Assembly (NCBI GenBank): GCA_012026655.1
Contig: JAAILG010001433.1
Span: 1-64,000, forward strand
DNA from: Hydrolagus affinis
Taxonomy: Eukaryota
Direction: 5' to 3'
Length of the DNA: 64,000 bases
The position numbers and the translations under genes are program-made. The notes below the pieces were generated by a model. It was given only the letters and a program-made list of their open reading frames with translations. It had not been told where the DNA came from and made no database searches. Numbering within the stretch: position 1 is the first letter of the stretch; each line of letters begins with the position of its first letter. Positions 13,301 to 25,788 of this stretch are shown one piece after another.

Positions 13301-14479
13301 AATTTACCAATTTGGCTTCGCTCATTCAGATCATCTTGTGCACAATGTCACCATCTACCACGACCCTATCAATTAAGACATCTGTCCATGTTTAAGTCAT
13401 TATTCTATGATTTTAACTGGGTCCTAACAACTGTTGTCAATAGAATATTAAGGAGAACACCACATTTTAATAGAATGATTAACAGTGTCAAATTGTCCAT
13501 GGCTGTAGCTTGAAGTCAACGCTATATGTACATAACTCGTATGTGTACATACTAAAGTAAAATTGACCATAACTTGCTTGGGTATCAGTGTAAATACAGT
13601 ACTGTCTTAAAAATGTAATGTTGAATCAAGTTTAATGTTAGTCAAGGAGTTTCTAATACATATTTTTAATGTCTGAATTTAGCACAACTTGGGTTGTGTG
13701 GTTTACTCATTCTTTACTTATACATGTGCATTTATTATAAATCCAAACCAAGGACACAGAACAATAATCTAGTCCCACAAGGCACAGTCATATCAGTTGC
13801 AGAACAAACTGAAATTCTGTGTCAGATTAGAATTAGTTTGTTCTGCAGAAAATTGATACACTTTTCACTAGAAAGGGCACATTTTTCACCTTGGTACAAC
13901 CTCGTACCACAACCCTGCTGTGTAAAATAGGTAAATATCGTGTAACCTATTTGCTCTGCCTCAAACACTCCTTTCTTGTAACAATGACACATGTATTTGG
14001 ATAATAACAGAGCAGGGTAACCCAAATCCCTCCAAGGTCTTCATATCAAACATTTTCACTTAGGTACACATGACATTTTATGCATTTGGCAGAAACGTGT
14101 TCCTCAATAAATAACAAAGGGCAAAAGACAAGGCTGTGTTTATGGAACAGTAATACTCTTTTTTAGGTTGGTTTTTAGACATCATCTATTAATGCAATAA
14201 ATGCCTCAATTAAAGTAGATTATATCTGTATTAAATTGATTTCATTAAATATATGCAATAAATAGAAAAAGCAGGCTACAGTCCGTGATAAGTTTCTTAA
14301 GTTACAACTATCAAATAATTTTACGGCTGCATGGTTTGTGGTGGACGTCCGTGGCATGACAAGAGCGCTAACTTCTGTAAGGTTTCCAAATGTGGTTGCA
14401 GGCTTGAATAGAGTGTAGAGTTGTTGGGATGTGCCAAGTAAAGTGTTAGAGGCAGAGTCTGTTGCGTTCAAGAGTGAAT

Positions 14480-14579
14480 NNNNNNNNNNNNNNNNNNNNN
14501 NNNNNNNNNNNNNNNNNNNNNNNNNNNNNNNNNNNNNNNNNNNNNNNNNNNNNNNNNNNNNNNNNNNNNNNNNNNNNNN
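14480..14579. other. Assembly gap (100 N)
   Basis: Run of N; true size unknown. Confidence 1.
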
Positions 14580-14888
14580 ATTTGATATAGCGCTTTCCAC
14601 ATCTTATCAACGTCCCAAAGCGCTTCACAGAATATACTGTAAAGTGAATTGACTGTATATATTTGTGGGCGAATCGCGGCAGCCAATTGCACACAGCAGT
14701 GTCCCACACACAGTCGTGGATTGAAATGACCAATTTTATTATTGTGGTTTCTTTGGAGGGATTATTATTAGGCATGTGGAGTAAGGAAACTTGCCCAAGG
14801 TTTCGCCCTCACCTGCCTGGATTTGAACACAGGTCTCCCCAGCTTGGTCTCCCCAGCTTGCAAGACAAGTGCTCTAACCATTGAGCCA
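14580..14888 (-). mobile_element. Near full-length tRNA-derived SINE with an internal 14-bp tandem duplication
   Basis: Matches the family throughout; ggtctccccagctt occurs twice (14832-14859) in the head. Confidence 0.92.
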
Positions 14889-14899
14889 ATAAAAGTATA

Positions 14900-15039
14900 T
14901 GAAGGATAGAGGCTTGAATGGTATGAGGATAGCAGTGGATTTGAATGAACAGCGTGTTCTGAGAGCAGTCTCTATGGGCTGAATGTCCTCCTTCTGCATT
15001 ATTAATTTCTAATGATCTCAAATTAATTTCTAATGATCT
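14900..15039 (+). mobile_element. CR1 3' end
   Basis: CR1 terminal motif atgggctgaatgtcctccttctgca; attaatttctaatgatct is duplicated (15001-15018, 15022-15039). Confidence 0.65.
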
Positions 15040-15042
15040 TTA

Positions 15043-15468
15043 ATTCAAGATCCTCGTCCTCACTTTCAAGGCCATTCACAGCCTTGCGCTCTCCTATTTC
15101 TCCGACCTGCTGACTCCCTATCAACCTGCCAGTCCCCTCCATTCAGCGGGCTCTGGCCTGCTCCATGTATCCCGCCCAACAAACCCTACCATCGGTGGCC
15201 AGGCTTTCAACCTCTCTGCACCCACACTCTGGAACTCCATCCCACAGTCGCTTTCCCTCACTTCCTCCCTCACTTCCTCCCTCACCTCCTTCAAGGCTAG
15301 TCTCAAGACCCTCCTTTTCGATCGTGCCTTCTGCTGTCCTCCCAGCTCTCTCCCTCCCTTCCACTGTGCCTCTCCCCCTTGCTCAGGTCCTGAACCCTGA
15401 CTGTTCAGCACCTTGGGATGTCCTCCCAACGTGAAAGGTGCTGCATAAATGTAATTTTGTGTTATTGT
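15043..15468 (+). mobile_element. L2 LINE 3' fragment
   Basis: Starts ttcaagatcctcgtcctcactttcaaggcc (FKILVLTFKA) and ends ctgttcagcaccttgggatgtcctcccaacgtgaaaggtgctgcataaatgtaattttgtgttattgt. Confidence 0.92.
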
Positions 15469-15889
15469 AATGATAAAGTATTTGAGGGTTGCTTCAGAAA
15501 TGTCTCCCTCCTGTATGCAATGTGTTTCCCCTTAAATGCGATGATATTTTCAACTTCAACCACAGCTCTGGCAGTCAGTTCCACATTCTCACTTTTGTGT
15601 AAAGAAGTTCCTGTTAAACTCTATTTTAGATTTAACATATGGATTATTTTGACCAGTGAGACAATTCAGGTTTTGCACAGAATTTAAATAAAGAATATAG
15701 CTGTTCCCCCCACCCCCATCATTAAAACAAATCCCTTGTTAGTTCCACTAATTGTCTCTATTTATCTACATTGGTTATTTTTTATTCCTTATGCTTTAGC
15801 TTGACATAAAGAATTGAACAAATAGAAAAATGTTCAAAGAAAATCCTTTTTTTTAGCTTTGTAAACAGATGTCATCCAGGCTCAGTTGG

Positions 15890-15980
15890 CACTTTACAGT
15901 AAAATCCTCTAAAACCGTTTGCACCTTAAAGATGTAGTAAGGTGCTATATGAAATGCAAGGGTTATCATATTATTATTAT
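15890..15980 (+). mobile_element. SINE 3' tail remnant
   Basis: cactttacagt..ggtgctatatgaaatgcaagggttat followed by (att)n. Confidence 0.6.
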
Positions 15981-15997
15981 AACCTATAACTTTAATG

Positions 15998-16175
15998 ACA
16001 ACAACAACTTACATTTATGTAGCGCCCTTCACACAGAGTAGCATCTCGGAACACGTAGCAATGGCAGAGCATGATACCAAGCCAGGAAAAGTGAGGAGAT
16101 GACCGTAGGCACCATAGGAAAATCTTCAGGTGTGATCTACAGAGAGGAAAGGAGGGAATGCAAAGGGATTGAGGA
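15998..16175 (-). mobile_element. L2 3' fragment
   Basis: (CAA)n followed by atttatgtagcgcccttcacacagagtagcatctcgg. Confidence 0.7.
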
Positions 16176-16837
16176 ATGACAGTACGGCATTGTATGGTAA
16201 AATTTGATTGTAGGCTCAGCCCTCCAACATTTTGGGACCAATATAGGATAATATATCTTCACCCACCAAGATCCACAAATTTACTGCCTTAGAAAATTGT
16301 ATCAATGGAGATTCATAAAAATGGAGCAGACACAAGATGGAAGAATTGATCACTGAAAGTATTTTTGTACATTTGTAGATGTGCCTTTGATGAGCTTAAA
16401 AGTGACCGTTCCTGTTCATGGAGGGTTCCTGTTATCAAACTGGCCTTCAAAAGATCAATGTGCTGAATACAAAGGCATTCATAAATCTAGCAAAAAAAGA
16501 GAGAGTTCTTTGACTGTCGATATTTAATAGGAGGAACCACAAAATGATATAATTGAAAAATGTCCTTACATTTTGGGATTGCTGGGACTATTCTTAGATT
16601 GCAAAAGAAACACATTCACTGGAGAAGTTGGTTCAGATCAAGGAGTACCTCTGGCCCATTTGACCTCAGTTTTCCAGAATACCTACCCCACCATCCACCC
16701 AAGTCAAGTTGTTTGGAGATTATATGGCAGGAAACACAACTGCATACCGAATGGAAATGTTCCTTCATACTTTCAACCATATTACTTCACGTATAAATTG
16801 CCAGGTTTACAGACCCCCCTACCCCCCACCTCCCCAA

Positions 16838-17000
16838 GCATCAGGTGGTAAAGCAATTATTTGGTTTGAAGCAGCCATACAGACCTGTCAGGTTTAATTG
16901 CTGATTTGGGTTGAGTTAGCTAATTTCAAACAGGATGATCTGCTAGATGTGATTTCAACTAAGGTGTGGCCTTTAATGTTGTTCAGAGGAGAGGGGAAAG
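16838..17000 (+). mobile_element. Ancient SINE remnant resembling the AmnSINE2 5' region
   Basis: gccatacagacc..caggtttaattgctgatttgggttgagttagctaatttca resembles the AmnSINE2 head as I recall it (gagccatacagacc..caggttcgatccc..tgctgagttagctgatctcag). Not aligned computationally. Confidence 0.45.
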
Positions 17001-17680
17001 GTACTGTACCATCATTAGAGTGCAGCTGAAATAAATCAGTTTGGGTTTCAAGAGCCAGGTTCTGAGTTGCATGTGATAAGAAATATAAAATTGTGGACAA
17101 CAGGCAGCTAATCTACCATTAATAAACAATTATGCAAATAAATTTGCCTTACACATGTAGTGAATCAGGTTAGTAACACTGTATGTCGCAAAATAAAATA
17201 GCTTGTCCATTCAGAATCATTATAAAAAAGTTATAATGTGCCATTTAATACTAAGCACTCTGGACAAGCAGAACTCCTGTTCAGGCCATTATTGAATTCC
17301 ACAGCTGACAACCGAATGGGAATTCCATAGTATAGTTATAATTCCGGTACCAGCATTTACTGGCTTTTTTCCGTGTTGAAAAATGCTGGGGTTCTGTCAT
17401 TGTAATTGTTTGAATCCCCTGAGCAGAACATTGCAAATAAACTACCTTCTGCTTGTGGGATTCATGCTGACTCAAAGTTAGCATACTTGGTCATTGAATG
17501 CCTACAAGGATGGTGAGGCGGGGGCACAGTAGGAGAGTTTAGGATGTACCATAGAATTTCCTTTATTAGCTTAACATGGTGTAGCTTCTCTCTCGTATAG
17601 TGAGTTCCTGATCTCAACCAGAATATCTGCAGGAAGGGAAGTTGAGGAAAATCCACACAAAATGCACCTGAGCATACATT

Positions 17681-17820
17681 ACTGTTCTGACGAAGGGTTG
17701 TAGATCCGAAACGTTGACTCTTTTTCCTTTCTCCATGGATGCTGCCTGTCCTGCTGAGTTTCCCCAGCAACTTCTGTTTTTGATTCAAATTCCCAGCATC
17801 TGTAGTATTTTGTGTTTTGT
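17681..17820 (+). mobile_element. Penelope-like element terminal-repeat fragment
   Basis: ctgacgaagggttgtagatccgaaacgttgactc..ctccatggatgctgcctgtcctgctgagtttccccagcaacttctgttttt is the characteristic fish/shark PLE end. Confidence 0.8.
17684..17718 (+). ncRNA. Minimal (type I) hammerhead ribozyme motif within the PLE end; probably degenerate
   Basis: CTGACGA core (17687-17693), stem II gggtt/gatcc, GAAA (17708-17711), palindromic ACGT, and a 3-bp stem I gtt/gac. Confidence 0.6.
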
Positions 17821-19234
17821 ATACATTACTGTGTCACTGTCAGGTACAGAGCAACCATGATAGAGGCTAGAGAATAACTCATTTATCTCCCTGTTAAGGT
17901 GTATACATCACAGAGGATTCCAAAGCAGGAAGATGATTATCTTTTTATTAAAACAATTTTATATTAACTTCAGCAAATATAATTAGAATAAAAAATTGAG
18001 TTTGATTAAAAAAATTAATACAGTATACTAATTGTACTGGCTAAATTCTGGTTGACACTGAGTATTAAGGTGAACCTTTAGCTGTAAACATATGTGAATT
18101 AAGGGATTCATTTTATGGTACAGCATATACATTATGTATGTAAATTGTGAATCTATATACAGTACTTAAATACAAATGACTAATATTACACATTCAATGT
18201 AAATTTAAAGATATTATTAGATTAGTGAATTTCACACTCTTTAAAAATCATTTCACTCTGCTTTGATAGCAAATTAATTGATCAGTTATACACTCTGAAC
18301 AGGATGTTTCGTATGTTTTGTCGCCATGATCTTTTATATAATAATGGAATTTTGAAGTATTAATAACCTAACAATGAACATGTGACACTTATTACTTTAA
18401 AATTGCATTAGGGTTATTTACAAGGCTTTATAAAAAGCGATATAAGGACTGTATAGAATGAGCAGTAGAGAACAGCAATTAGCTTCCATCAAAATAAAAC
18501 GTTAGGAGCACACAGACCAGAATAACCACTGTGTGTTTCCCTTAATTTTAAGTGAGAGCATTGTAATCACAGATAATGTATTTGGAAGAACCTTGGAGTT
18601 ATTATTTATTAGATTTGAATTTTCTTATATTAAATATTCCTTGTCTGTTGTTTACGCATCCATACATACATCCATACTCTATGCAAAGCAGCACCTTAGA
18701 AAATGTAAAATGTCCATTTCAGTAGGTACCTGCGTATCCAAAAAGAATATATACAAATACTGTACTATATTCAGTGGAACTTTCTTTGTTGCAAAAAAGT
18801 GTTTCTTTCTTAAGAAACTTAATTTAACCCATTCGAGATGAGCATATTCGTACCTTAGTGAAATGCTTCTGAATGGTTTAATTTTGAAATGCAACCTCCT
18901 GAAACTGAAAGCATTGAAACTTTATGTGAAAATATTCTGGTTACCCCTAGTGAATGAAATCATAAAAATCTTTGATAGCATTTACAATTATAGCATCAGC
19001 CTAGCAGATATATTAACTTAATTCCTTTAGCAGTCAGGCCATAGAAACGTGTGGAAATGTTAGCCAAAGATTCTGCGGAAATTTGCGGGAAATTTCTGCC
19101 ACATTTGCAGAAAATAGCGAGGAGTGTTTTGAGGCTGTTGAGGTACATTTTACTGCCATCCTACACGTTTTCACTTTATTGATAAAATCAAAACACGGGG
19201 AAATAACACAATAGATTGTTGCAAAAAAATGACT

Positions 19235-19655
19235 ACAAGAACAACAACAAAATTATATTTATAGAGTGCTTTTCACATCGAGAGGACATCCCAAGGCGCT
19301 GAACAGTCAGGGGTCAAGACCCGAGAGGGGGTGTAGGGGGAACAGAGTTGGGATGAGAATTAAGTGGGCAATTGAAGGCACAGTCGAAAAGGAGGATCTT
19401 GAGAGCAGCCTTGAAGGAGGCAAGCGAGGAAACGAGGTAACGAAGTGAAGGGATTGTGGGATGGAGTTCCAAAGTGTTGGGGCAGAGAGGCTGGAAGATT
19501 GGCCGCCGATGGTTGGGCATGTTGGGGCGTGAGACATCAAGCAGGCTGGAGCCTGCTGAATGTAGGGAACGGACAGGTTGTTAGGGGGTCAGCAAGTCAG
19601 AGAGATAGGAGGGGGCAAGGCAGTGAAAGTGAAGACGAGGATCTTGAATTCGAAT
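19235..19655 (-). mobile_element. L2 LINE 3' fragment
   Basis: (CAA)n plus the reversed tail stem-loop; minus ORF has IGGQSSSLSAPTLWNSIPQSL. Confidence 0.9.
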
Positions 19656-19769
19656 AGTAATTGCATCTTTAACAAAAACTCGGTAGCCCATTTTTATTTG
19701 GGGTAATGGTAGGTGGGGCACCAGCTAGGCTACAGGAGCTCACTACCTCCTGCCTCCCAAGGCACGACC

Positions 19770-20125
19770 CCACACACACAGACTAAGACTGAGACCTAGA
19801 GAGAGTGAGAGAGAGCCAAACACACAGACACAGGGAGAGAGAGACATGTACACACAGAGACACAGAAAGAGACACACACAAACTCAGACACCAGGGAGAC
19901 ATACACATTCAGAGACATATACAAATACAGACAGAGGAGAGAGACACACGCAAACACACTCACAAACATACATACAGAGAGAGATAAACACATTCACAAA
20001 CATACATTCACACAGACATTCACAAACACTTAAAAGAGGCAAACACATACACTCACAAACACAAGGAGAGAGACACACAAATTCACATAGACACATTCAC
20101 AAACACACACACACAAACACAACAA
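19770..20125. repeat. Degenerate (CA)/(GA) low-complexity microsatellite
   Basis: About 350 bp of acacacagagagac-type units. Confidence 0.9.
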
Positions 20126-21949
20126 AGCTTTCTGAGCAAAGCACATTTCCCACCGCATATGTACGTGGAGCCGTACCGCCCACGGTGACGTTGGGTAAAC
20201 AGCTGGCAAACTCCATTTATTGCAGGTTTGTAGCGGTTTCTGCTGGAAAAGTGCAATCGCACTTTTCTATTGGCCCAGGTTATTACCTATCTCAGCTAAC
20301 AAAACATCATGTGGAGTTACTTATTCATGAATCTTGGGCTTTTATTCATTAACATGTTTCAAATGTTCATCTTAGAAGAGAAAGTCCCCCCTTAAAATAT
20401 AAACGATTTTAGAGCATTCATATAAACATGTTGCACTGAGGTTAATATTTGTTTTATACATGAGGTTTTTCTAGATAGATTTGTTTGTACATATTTTTGA
20501 ATCAAGGGTATTACTAGACTTCAAACCAAAACTAGGTTAGTGTATTCCTTGTTTAAGGTTATGTAACAAGCACTGATCTCATTCTGTTTCATATGTTGCT
20601 TCCTTTTCATGATGAGCTAGGGAATAAGTTCAATAAATAAATGACATAACAGTTCATGTCCCCATAGCTGTGTGTTTACTTTTAAGCAAATATGTCCTCC
20701 TAATGTAACACGAACAAGGCAATGAATTTGAAACAATAAATTGTTAACTGTGCAGGTCATGTAACATTAATTCTTCAGATACTATATTGCAAAATAAAAT
20801 TACCCCCTGTTATAAGGCACTATATTAATTTTAAAATTGAATGACAATATTAGGAATGTTTAATATAAGAAAGATAATTTTAATTCAAATGGAAACTCTT
20901 CTGTAAATGAGAATGGACATCTCAGTATTTGAGGGGTTCAGACAGAAAACAAGCTGAACACAAATATATGATGTCATTTGAACCCCTTACTGGATTAGCC
21001 GCCTTTCAATTCACTGAGAGACCCATTGTTCTCTGCATACTTAAAGAAGCCCCTTTGGTGTGAGAGAAGCTGCATTTTTATTTTTACTTGGATGAACATT
21101 TCTGTAACTTGCCTGTAGCCCCAAAGATAAAAGGGACGATGCTGAAATCAGAATGGTGGTTACCAGGCATCATTTGATTCACTACTGATGGGAGATTTTG
21201 CACACAGAGAATGATGTACATTAGCTGAGTGAACTGCACTTACTGGTTGCTAGGAAATGCTTTACAAAAGGTGATGGTCTTATTACAGTATTACTGTCAT
21301 GTTCTGTGATCAGCTTTAGCTTAAAAAACAACTTGAAGGTTCAAAGGAAAACTGAATTAGTATTTGTAATAAAATGTATTAACTATAATAAAAGGCATGG
21401 GGTGGGGACTTCTGTGGAATATATAAAGTATATAAAGAACAAAGGGAATGTTTATCGTTTAATATTGATTATTTTTGAACCACGTGTGTTTCTTTATATT
21501 TTTCACCTTTTATAACTATGACAGTTCATTTCTGGTAGGGAGCAAAGGTGGCTCAATCCCAAAACATCAGCGCTACATATATTGCTAATCCATTGCTACA
21601 GGAAGGGTGAGAAATGCCAGGATATAGACAAATCTAGAACAGATTGGAAACAGATCCTGTGATTCAGTCTATGTAGTTCCTTTGTTTAAAAAAGGATCTG
21701 TATACCATAATTATGGTGTTCAGATATTTGGAAAAACATATCTTTTATCGCTTTGACTTCCTTCCTTAAAGTAAATTGACTCCTGAGGCCACCAAATATG
21801 CAAAAACTATTTTTAATGAGCAACAGAGCACACTTGAAATGTCATATTTGAACAACAACTGGCCAGGATTGAATTATGGAGTTGAAAGATTTTCTACACT
21901 TTTGTATCAATTATCTGGGCAATTTTGTAAATGTTTGCCCCATTTCACA

Positions 21950-22050
21950 TTGGGATAAAATCCATGATTGGACAAGTTGTTCTTAACCTGCAAAATGAGG
22001 AGATTTGTTGGACCAAATGGCCTTCCTTCCATGCATTTTATATTCTTAAA
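21950..22050 (+). mobile_element. CR1 3' end remnant
   Basis: gttggaccaaatggccttccttcc..tatattctt matches the CR1 terminal motif. Confidence 0.5.
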
Positions 22051-23650
22051 TTTGCGTTCATGTATCGTGTCTATTCAAAGGAACTCACTACCTAGTGAGA
22101 TGTATCCTAAACTGCTTGAAAATAACTACAGCACCCTAAATAGAAAAGAAGGCAAAGTTTTGAATTTAAAAAAATAATGATTAATATTAAAATACCATTT
22201 CAGGCTGTTATATTCAGTGAATATTACTTCAGCATTTTACTTTACATAAGTCTTTTAAGCCTCGATGTGACTTGATTGTGGAGACTCAGTTGTTTCTTTC
22301 GGTGGGAAATAATTTAGTTTTCCATGCGTAATTTTAAACGCAGTCAAGTTTTAAATTGTATATACCACATGACAGGCGGAGCTATTTTTTTTTCCATGTA
22401 AAATAAAAGAAAAGGGATGGAACCACATCACAGAATATTAAGTATGCTACTTTATTCAACAAGATTTGGTTGTTTAACAAGTGACATAAATCAAAGGAAA
22501 CTACTAACACACCAACATTGTTGTAACTAAATGATTATAATGTATGCATCATAGAATTTCTTAATCAACCGCTAATTACTTACCAATACATCAAAATAGT
22601 TACTTTTCAAATACAGTATATACATTCTCAGTTGTCTGAGTTTGTTTAGGCATCACTATCGAAAAATAAGTCAAATTAAGCAGTCCAGTGAACAGTATGT
22701 GGTATAAACATCAACAGATATCCTTATTGGTTTGAATATAACAAGTTAATGAAGAAGCATATAAAAAGTTACAGTATAAACTATTCTCTCTTATTTTATT
22801 ATCATCTGATCCTCTGTATTGTGTTTATACCCTATAATTCCTCCCAGGTATTCAATCTGCTCTATAAATTATTGGGTATGAATACAATTGGATGCAATTA
22901 AATTTTGTTGGGATGTACTTCTGCAAATACAAGTACCAAATCCTCTTGTCGTGTACTCCTCAGTCTTTCCCAAAGTTATTTTCAGCATTGATTTATGGAT
23001 TGTAGGATTGACTTTCCCATCCAAACATAATCCTATCCTAAAATTGAAGTAAAATCTAGAGGATACTCAAATATATTGTGACCCGTGAATAGCAAAAATG
23101 TGAATTGTCAGCATGTGCTGTTAATGAATAGAAGTGTAGATATAAAAGAAAAGCTTATTCAAGTTATTGAACTGTATGGCATATGTGTATTATTGTCCAC
23201 TTGTCAATAGATTTGCTTGTTTTAGCGGTAAGCGCACACTTACAATGGGATTTGTGGGGTGGGAGAGAGTAACCCAACTGATCTTCACTCAATTCTTCAA
23301 CCATGCAGCAGGACTATTTGGATTTTACTGCTAACTCCACTCATCCACTTAATTAAACAAATAATTAAGGTCACCATAACTTTAGATATAAGTGTAAGAC
23401 TAGTTTGAGTATGGCCCTTATTCTTTAGTTAGTGAACAACTTTGTCCAGTGTTGTTGGTACAGTCTAAATGGCTCAGACGTTGCGAAGACTATCTTATGT
23501 TTGTGTTATTTGCATCAAATTCCTAAAACTTTTAATTTGTCATCATGGTGATGCTGTTAAATGTTTTTGTGAAAGATGTTCAAATCAAACTTATTACAGG
23601 TTAATGGGTATTTAGTGTCATACAGAAGTAACCTGGATTACCAGTGCATA

Positions 23651-23789
23651 ACTGCTGTGCGCAATTGGCTGCCGCATTTCGCCCACAAATATACAGTCAA
23701 TTCACTTTACAGTTTATTCTGTGAAGCGTTTTAAGACGTCTAGAAGACATGAAAAGCGCTATATCAAATGCAAGGATTATTATTATATT
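23651..23789 (+). mobile_element. 5'-truncated SINE (Deu motif and tail)
   Basis: ctgctgtgcgcaattggctgccgcatttcgcccac..gaaaagcgctatatcaaatgcaagg followed by (att)n. Confidence 0.92.
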
Positions 23790-25788
23790 AACTATCACAA
23801 TATAAATTTATAGCAACATCGTAAAGTGATTCCGTTTATAATGTATTCCTGCAGCTTCTTGGGAACCACTCTAAATTTGGACTCTGGACAGAATTTAAGG
23901 TTAATCCTGATATTTGCTTCTCATTTTCTTCCATTGTTCTTCTCTTTTCACCTCTCCACTCACAAAACCTTTTGGTATAACATTTGGGTAGGCTTCCATG
24001 GATGTTCACAATCCTCCAGAACAAATACAGATTATTATACAGAAACCTGATGACAGAGCCTATCCCTATAGTGAGCAGGCATCAACATTCTTCTTGTACC
24101 TGAACACTGAAGGGATAACATTCCAAGTTCAGCAGCAGCTGGTGGTTGAGTTAAACTTGGTCTTGAAAGTGCAAAGCTGGGATGGATGGTGCTGCCATTG
24201 AATCTAATGAGAGCAGCATGTGTATATGTCACAAAAGTGCCTTTTGTTGGTTTGGCAGTAATGGTGGGGAAATTCATCTTCTGTGAAGGGGAAAATTAAA
24301 ATAGAAACTATACAGTCTTTATGGGTGGAGTATTTTGGATTGGAAATCGTTTTTCTCCAAACTACCAATTTTCTTTAACTGAGTATAAGATTGATAAAGG
24401 TATTCAACCCACCTCAAAAGGGCACATTTTCTAACCATTTCTCTCCTTTTTCCTTACCCAAATTTGCATAGCTAAAACCCTTCAGAAATCTGTTCAATTA
24501 GCATTATATTATCTTTGAACTATGTTTTCTTTACTTTACTTGATGACAATCTATTTGAAAAGTCAACAATTCAAGGCTTCAAGCCTTGAAGTTATCCTTG
24601 AATTCGGTACTTTTTAAAAAAAAAATCATCTTTGGTTCCCCTGTGCTAGTTTAGCATAACATGTTACATTGTGAATGAACATCGTCATTATTTTAAAATT
24701 CCTCTTTCCTATCAGTCAGCTCATTAGCCTGTCTGTTATCCTGGGGCTTTGGGTGTACATGGATACATTTACATTTGTTACAGCAATGATAAACCCTTTT
24801 TAGTTCCACAAACACATTATATTTTCCACTGTCAATTGCATGAGTTATACATTAAGTGCTTAAGTTGCAAATAGCGATTTACATTGTATTATTTTAACTG
24901 GATACAACTCATGCCTATACTGTAGTCTGTTCATGATGCTGGTGTTTTTCTTTTCACTTGTATGGAAACGAGTTTCTTCTTACAGTAGCTGAAAAACTGT
25001 TACTTCATTAATTTATCAACAGATATGGTTCAGTTACAAGGAAAACAAAATCTTATGAAGTGCTGTAACTACATTTGCAACAAAAAAAAGCAGTTGTAAG
25101 CAACTTGAAGTTAATTATGCAATACATGTGTTTAGCATTGGGGCTGCTTCGGTTGCAAGAACATGACCCATTTTGATTTGTAAACTTGACAAATTTTATT
25201 GTACATAGCATTCTGCCTTTTTAAGTAGTATATTTTGGAACTTAGCAATAAGATAGTGTTTGTGTTTGATATTTTCAGTGTGAAGTTGCATGTGCCCAGT
25301 GCAGCATTTTGAAAATTGTTATGAGATGATGAGAAAAGCAATGAATAAATTATCATACATTTTTAAGGTCACATCGTAACTGAGGCTGATACGGTTTATT
25401 TGAAAAGAACAGTTGCATTTTTCTGATCAGAGAAATGATGTATAAAGCTTCTCTGCGGTTTCATTGTTGCAGAGATGATGTCGTTATGCTGGGTGCAGAT
25501 TTATAGTGCTTTCACAATGGAACTTTGATACAGGAAACACAGCGTATTTCTGAATCAATCAGTGCGTATCAAGCCTTGATTCAAATTCTGATTGGTCAAG
25601 TGTTTATTTTAGTAAAATGGCAATGGTTGCGTTTCGAATCAGATTGCTATCATTCTATGTAAATCATCTTACAATTTTAAGATTTGGGGTTGGATCTAGC
25701 CTATTTAGTGTTGGGTAAATTATGTTAATCTATTTGTCATATGGTTATTATCTGGACTTTTTTTATATTGTATGGTATTGCATATGTG

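Larger units (their letters stand above)
19036..20276. mobile_element. Possible non-autonomous DNA transposon with an imperfect TIR, carrying a nested L2 and a microsatellite
   Basis: Left end ggcca-tagaaacgtgtg versus reverse complement of the right end ggccaatagaaaagtgcg. Both subterminal regions retain CpG. Confidence 0.45.

Noticed and set aside
16560-16851. Overlapping 78-92 aa ORFs
   Set aside because: No recognisable domain or convincing splice sites, and lengths are within chance expectation.
19796-20352. His/Thr/Arg-rich ORFs up to 168 aa
   Set aside because: Translations of the CA/GA microsatellite.
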